NCBI GenBank assembly: GCA_963727625.1 | Contig: CAVSHR010000006.1 | Span: 64,001-128,000 of the forward strand | Length of the DNA stretch: 64,000 bases | DNA from: an uncultured delta proteobacterium | Lineage (GTDB): Bacteria; Desulfobacterota; Binatia; UBA9968 | Direction: 5' to 3' | Shown: positions 60,614 through 64,000 of the stretch, piece by piece | Layout: the number at the start of each line of letters is the position of its first letter | Numbering within the stretch: position 1 is the stretch's first letter | Notes under the pieces: generated by a model | Databases searched by the model: none | What the model saw: only the letters and a program-made list of their open reading frames with translations | Told to the model about the DNA's origin: nothing | Made by a program: the position numbers and the translations under genes

Positions 60614-63094
60614 TTAGAGAGATTGGACGGGCACCGGACCCACCCGCCAAATCTCTTGAGCGTATTCCCTGACGGTGCGGTCACTGGAGAATCGTCCCAT
60701 GTGCGCTACGTTCAAGACACACTTGCGACTCCAGCTCTCGGCATCAAGATAGGCGAGCGAAGCTTGCCTTTGACATTCGACGTAAGCTTCAAAATCCGCC
60801 AGAACCATGTACGGATCGCCGCCGTCCAAGAGCGAGTCGACGATCGGCTGGAAGAGTCCAGGTTTGTCGTTTGAGAAAAAATTACCGGCGATCATATCGA
60901 TGACCCTTCTGAGCTCGGCGACGTTGTCATAATAGTACCGGGGTTGATAGCCGGTGCGCTTCGCCGCGCGCACTTCCTCTGCCTTGAGGCCGAAGATAAA
61001 GATATTTTCGGCGCCGACTTCTTCGAGAATCTCGACGTTGGCCCCGTCCAATGTGCCGATGATCAAGGCGCCATTGAGCGCGAATTTCATGTTGCTGGTG
61101 CCCGAGGCTTCGCTTCCTGCGGCCGAGATTTGCTCGGAGAGATCCGCTGCCGGGATGATCTTTTCCGCCAACGAGACGCCGTAGTTTGGAATAAAAACGA
61201 CCTTCAAAAAGGGTTCGACGTCGGCGTCGCGATTGATCCGATCGGCCACCGCAGTGATGAGCCGAATAATCAGCTTGGCCGTGAAATATCCCGGCGCCGC
61301 CTTGCCGGCGAAAATCGCGGTTCGAGGAATGATGCGGGCGCCGGCCTTGATACGATTGTAAAGATAGATCAGATGCAAAACGTTCAGCAACTGCCGCTTG
61401 TACTCATGAATTCTCTTGACCTGGCAATCAAAGATCGAATCGAGTCGAACCGCGATTCCGGTTTTCTGTAAGATCACCGCGGCCAGATCGCGTTTGTTGG
61501 CGCTTTTTGCCTGCCGCCATTGGGCGAGGAACGTGGCGTCTTCCGCGAGCGGTACCAGGCCGCGCAAGGAGTTTAGATCGGTGATCCATCCTTTGCCTAA
61601 ACGGCGGGTAATCAACCGGGAGAGCCGCGGGTTGGAAAGCAGCAGCCAGCGCCGCTGGGTGATACCATTGGTTTTATTGTTGAAACGTCCGGGATAAAGC
61701 TCAAAAAAATCGCTGAAGAGTTCTTCCTTTAGAATTCTCGTATGGAGATTCGACACGCCGTTGACCGAATAGCTGCCGACGATGGCCAGGTTCGCCATGC
61801 GGATTCTTTTTACCCCGTTCTCCTCGATCAGAGACATGCGCTGCAGCCGTTCCGTGTCTGCGACAAAACGGCGCGCCACTTCGTCGAGAAATCTCCGGTT
61901 GATCTCATAGATGACGTCCAAAATACGCGGCAGGACTCGCTCCAGCAGCGACACCGACCACTGCTCTAAAGCTTCCGGCAGCACTGTATGGTTCGTGTAG
62001 GCGAACGTTCGCGTGGTGAGATTCCAGGCGCATTGCCAATCAAGATTGTGGCGGTCGACCAAGAGGCGCATCAACTCGGCAATCGCCAGCGCGGGATGAG
62101 TATCGTTGAGCTGGATGGCGACCTTGTCGGGTAAGGCATCGAAAGTGTCGCGGGTCTTGAGATAGCGCGCGAGAATATCCTGCAATGTGGCAGAAACGAA
62201 AAAGTACTCCTGGCGCAAACGCAGCTCTTTACCCGCCGAAAAGTTGTCGTTCGGATAGAGAATCTTGGAGATGGTCTCCGTCTTGTCTCGGTCCTCGACC
62301 GCGCGCAGATAATCACCATGATTGAAATAATCCAAGTCGAATTCGCGCGTCGACTTGGCAGACCACAGTCTAAGATTGTTTGCCGTGCCGTTGCCGTAGC
62401 CTGGAATGGGAAAATCATAGGCCATGGCGATGACGTTATCGGTATCGAGCCATTCAGTCCGTGGTCCTCGACCATTCTCCGAGTGCACAACCCGGCCGTA
62501 GAACTGCACTAGATAAATCCGTTCGGGTCGCGGAATTTCCCACACGTTGCCGTAACGGAGCCAGTTATCGGGGGTTTCAACTTGCGCTCCGTCGCGGATT
62601 TTTTGAAAAAAAATCCCGTACTCGTAACGTATGCCGTAACCGTAAACAGGCAGCTCCAGGGTTGCCAGCGAATCGAGAAAGCAGGCGGCGAGCCGGCCCA
62701 AGCCGCCGTTGCCCAACCCAGCATCCCATTCCACCTCGCGCAGATCTTCAAGCCGATAGCCGAGCTCGCGCAGCGCCTGGGCGGACTCGTCGAAGCGCTG
62801 CAGGTTGATCAAATTGTTGCCGAGCAGCCGCCCCAGGAGAAATTCCAAGGATAAATAATACACCCGCTTCGCATCCGCTTTATCGTAAGTTTGCTGGGTA
62901 TTCAGCCAGCGGTGGATCAGTTGGTCGCGGACGGTAAGGGCCAGGCTCTCGTAACGGCCCAGTTGGGTTGCAGTGTATTGATCTTGGGCGAGGGAGTCGG
63001 TTAGATGGCGCTGGAACGAGTCTTTCAACCCGGGGACCCAACGGCTTGGGTCTACACTGGAGATCTCAGCATCATCTGTTTTGCCATTGGGCAT
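60614..63094 (-). CDS. glgP: Glycogen/starch phosphorylase
   Basis: GLGNGGLGRLAACF, QLNDTHP, KRIHEYKRQ, EASGTSNMK PLP site. Confidence 0.97.
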   Translation of the reverse strand: MPNGKTDDAEISSVDPSRWVPGLKDSFQRHLTDSLAQDQYTATQLGRYESLALTVRDQLIHRWLNTQQTYDKADAKRVYYLSLEFLLGRLLGNNLINLQRFDESAQALRELGYRLEDLREVEWDAGLGNGGLGRLAACFLDSLATLELPVYGYGIRYEYGIFFQKIRDGAQVETPDNWLRYGNVWEIPRPERIYLVQFYGRVVHSENGRGPRTEWLDTDNVIAMAYDFPIPGYGNGTANNLRLWSAKSTREFDLDYFNHGDYLRAVEDRDKTETISKILYPNDNFSAGKELRLRQEYFFVSATLQDILARYLKTRDTFDALPDKVAIQLNDTHPALAIAELMRLLVDRHNLDWQCAWNLTTRTFAYTNHTVLPEALEQWSVSLLERVLPRILDVIYEINRRFLDEVARRFVADTERLQRMSLIEENGVKRIRMANLAIVGSYSVNGVSNLHTRILKEELFSDFFELYPGRFNNKTNGITQRRWLLLSNPRLSRLITRRLGKGWITDLNSLRGLVPLAEDATFLAQWRQAKSANKRDLAAVILQKTGIAVRLDSIFDCQVKRIHEYKRQLLNVLHLIYLYNRIKAGARIIPRTAIFAGKAAPGYFTAKLIIRLITAVADRINRDADVEPFLKVVFIPNYGVSLAEKIIPAADLSEQISAAGSEASGTSNMKFALNGALIIGTLDGANVEILEEVGAENIFIFGLKAEEVRAAKRTGYQPRYYYDNVAELRRVIDMIAGNFFSNDKPGLFQPIVDSLLDGGDPYMVLADFEAYVECQRQASLAYLDAESWSRKCVLNVAHMGRFSSDRTVREYAQEIWRVGPVPVQSL

Positions 63095-63353
63095 GCGGGC
63101 GATCCTCCACTGGATGACATTTTAAGCAGCTCTGATTCAAGCATTGTACTGTGCTGTGATGTGGCGGTAAACGCTAATAAACGATCGACGTAATGGCCTT
63201 GCCAAACAGTGCGCTCGCTCAGCGGCCTGGCAACTCGCAGGCGCCCGATAAATGGCTTGAAGATTTCACCGAATCCCGGGTCGTCCGGGGTGGTGATGAT
63301 GTCGACTCAATGACGAGGCCCGCAGTCGAGGGCATCGTTCGCGCGTCGTCGAG

Positions 63354-64000
63354 CTAGTTGAGTTTCAGCAGCCGCTTGATGTTGTCTGACATGATCAGGC
63401 GGAGATCTTCGATCTTGAGTTTTAAATGGCGCTGGGCGTGTTTGACGATCTTCTCGATTTCCCAGTCCATGGGGTTAAACGGATGGTCGGAGCCATAGAG
63501 CACGCGGTCCGGACCGGCCCACGAGATCGATTCACAAAAGAAGGGCAACCAGCCCATTCCCGAGCTGTCCATATGGACGTTCTCGCACTTCTTGGCGATC
63601 TCGACCACGTCTCTCACTCCTTCGACTAAACCCGAGTGCCCCATGATGATGGGAAGCTTGGGAAAATCCTTGGCGACTTCGCCGATGCGTTTCGGACTGG
63701 CGTCTTCGCCCAAACCGCAGTGAAACAGCACCGGGATGCCGTGCTGCTGCGCGGCTTCCATGAGCGGATAGACTTTTGTCTTGTCGTTGGCCGGGCAGTG
63801 CTCGATCAGCGGATGAATTTTGATGCCCTTGAGTCCGAGCTTGATGCCTTCCTCCAGGACCTGCAGGGTGTCCTTCGGTCCATTGCCGGGGCTGAGGCGC
63901 ATGTAGCCATGAATCCGCCACGAGTGTTTTTTCATCTGCTCGGAAATGTACTGATTGGTTTCTCGATAGTTGGACGGTTCGCCGATGCCGATGGCGAATG
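63354..64000 (-). CDS. Amidohydrolase family protein (start outside window)
   Basis: Frame open to window edge; GIKIHP, FHCG, MGHSG, YGSDHPF. Confidence 0.85.
   Translation of the reverse strand, partial: FAIGIGEPSNYRETNQYISEQMKKHSWRIHGYMRLSPGNGPKDTLQVLEEGIKLGLKGIKIHPLIEHCPANDKTKVYPLMEAAQQHGIPVLFHCGLGEDASPKRIGEVAKDFPKLPIIMGHSGLVEGVRDVVEIAKKCENVHMDSSGMGWLPFFCESISWAGPDRVLYGSDHPFNPMDWEIEKIVKHAQRHLKLKIEDLRLIMSDNIKRLLKLN

Overview
GC-rich bacterial chromosomal window dominated by catabolic enzymes and orphan substrate-binding proteins: NMT1/SsuA-like SBPs, luciferase-like monooxygenases, amidohydrolases, hydantoinase/oxoprolinase subunits, a CoxSML-like molybdo-hydroxylase, a Rieske dioxygenase pair, class II aldolases, a CoA transferase, pgm and glgP. 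This gene mix resembles Candidatus Binatia (Binatota) genomes (inference only). No rRNA, tRNA, CRISPR array or intact transposase was seen. Most interesting items: (1) a two-gene candidate defence/conflict operon, patatin phospholipase plus an ASK1-like NDT-fold/TPR/SLOG protein (38597-41820); (2) an orphan GrdE-GrdB pair in which GrdB is a selenoprotein split by the ORF caller at an in-frame UGA, has a SECIS-like hairpin 11 nt downstream, and carries STUGTSTRSG in place of canonical STUGTCTRCG (34026-36680); (3) an AlmEFG-like module of adenylating enzyme, carrier protein and LpxL-type acyltransferase (12734-15517); (4) several sigma54-type promoters in front of small unknown genes. Several genes carry single-base insertions that look like long-read consensus errors.
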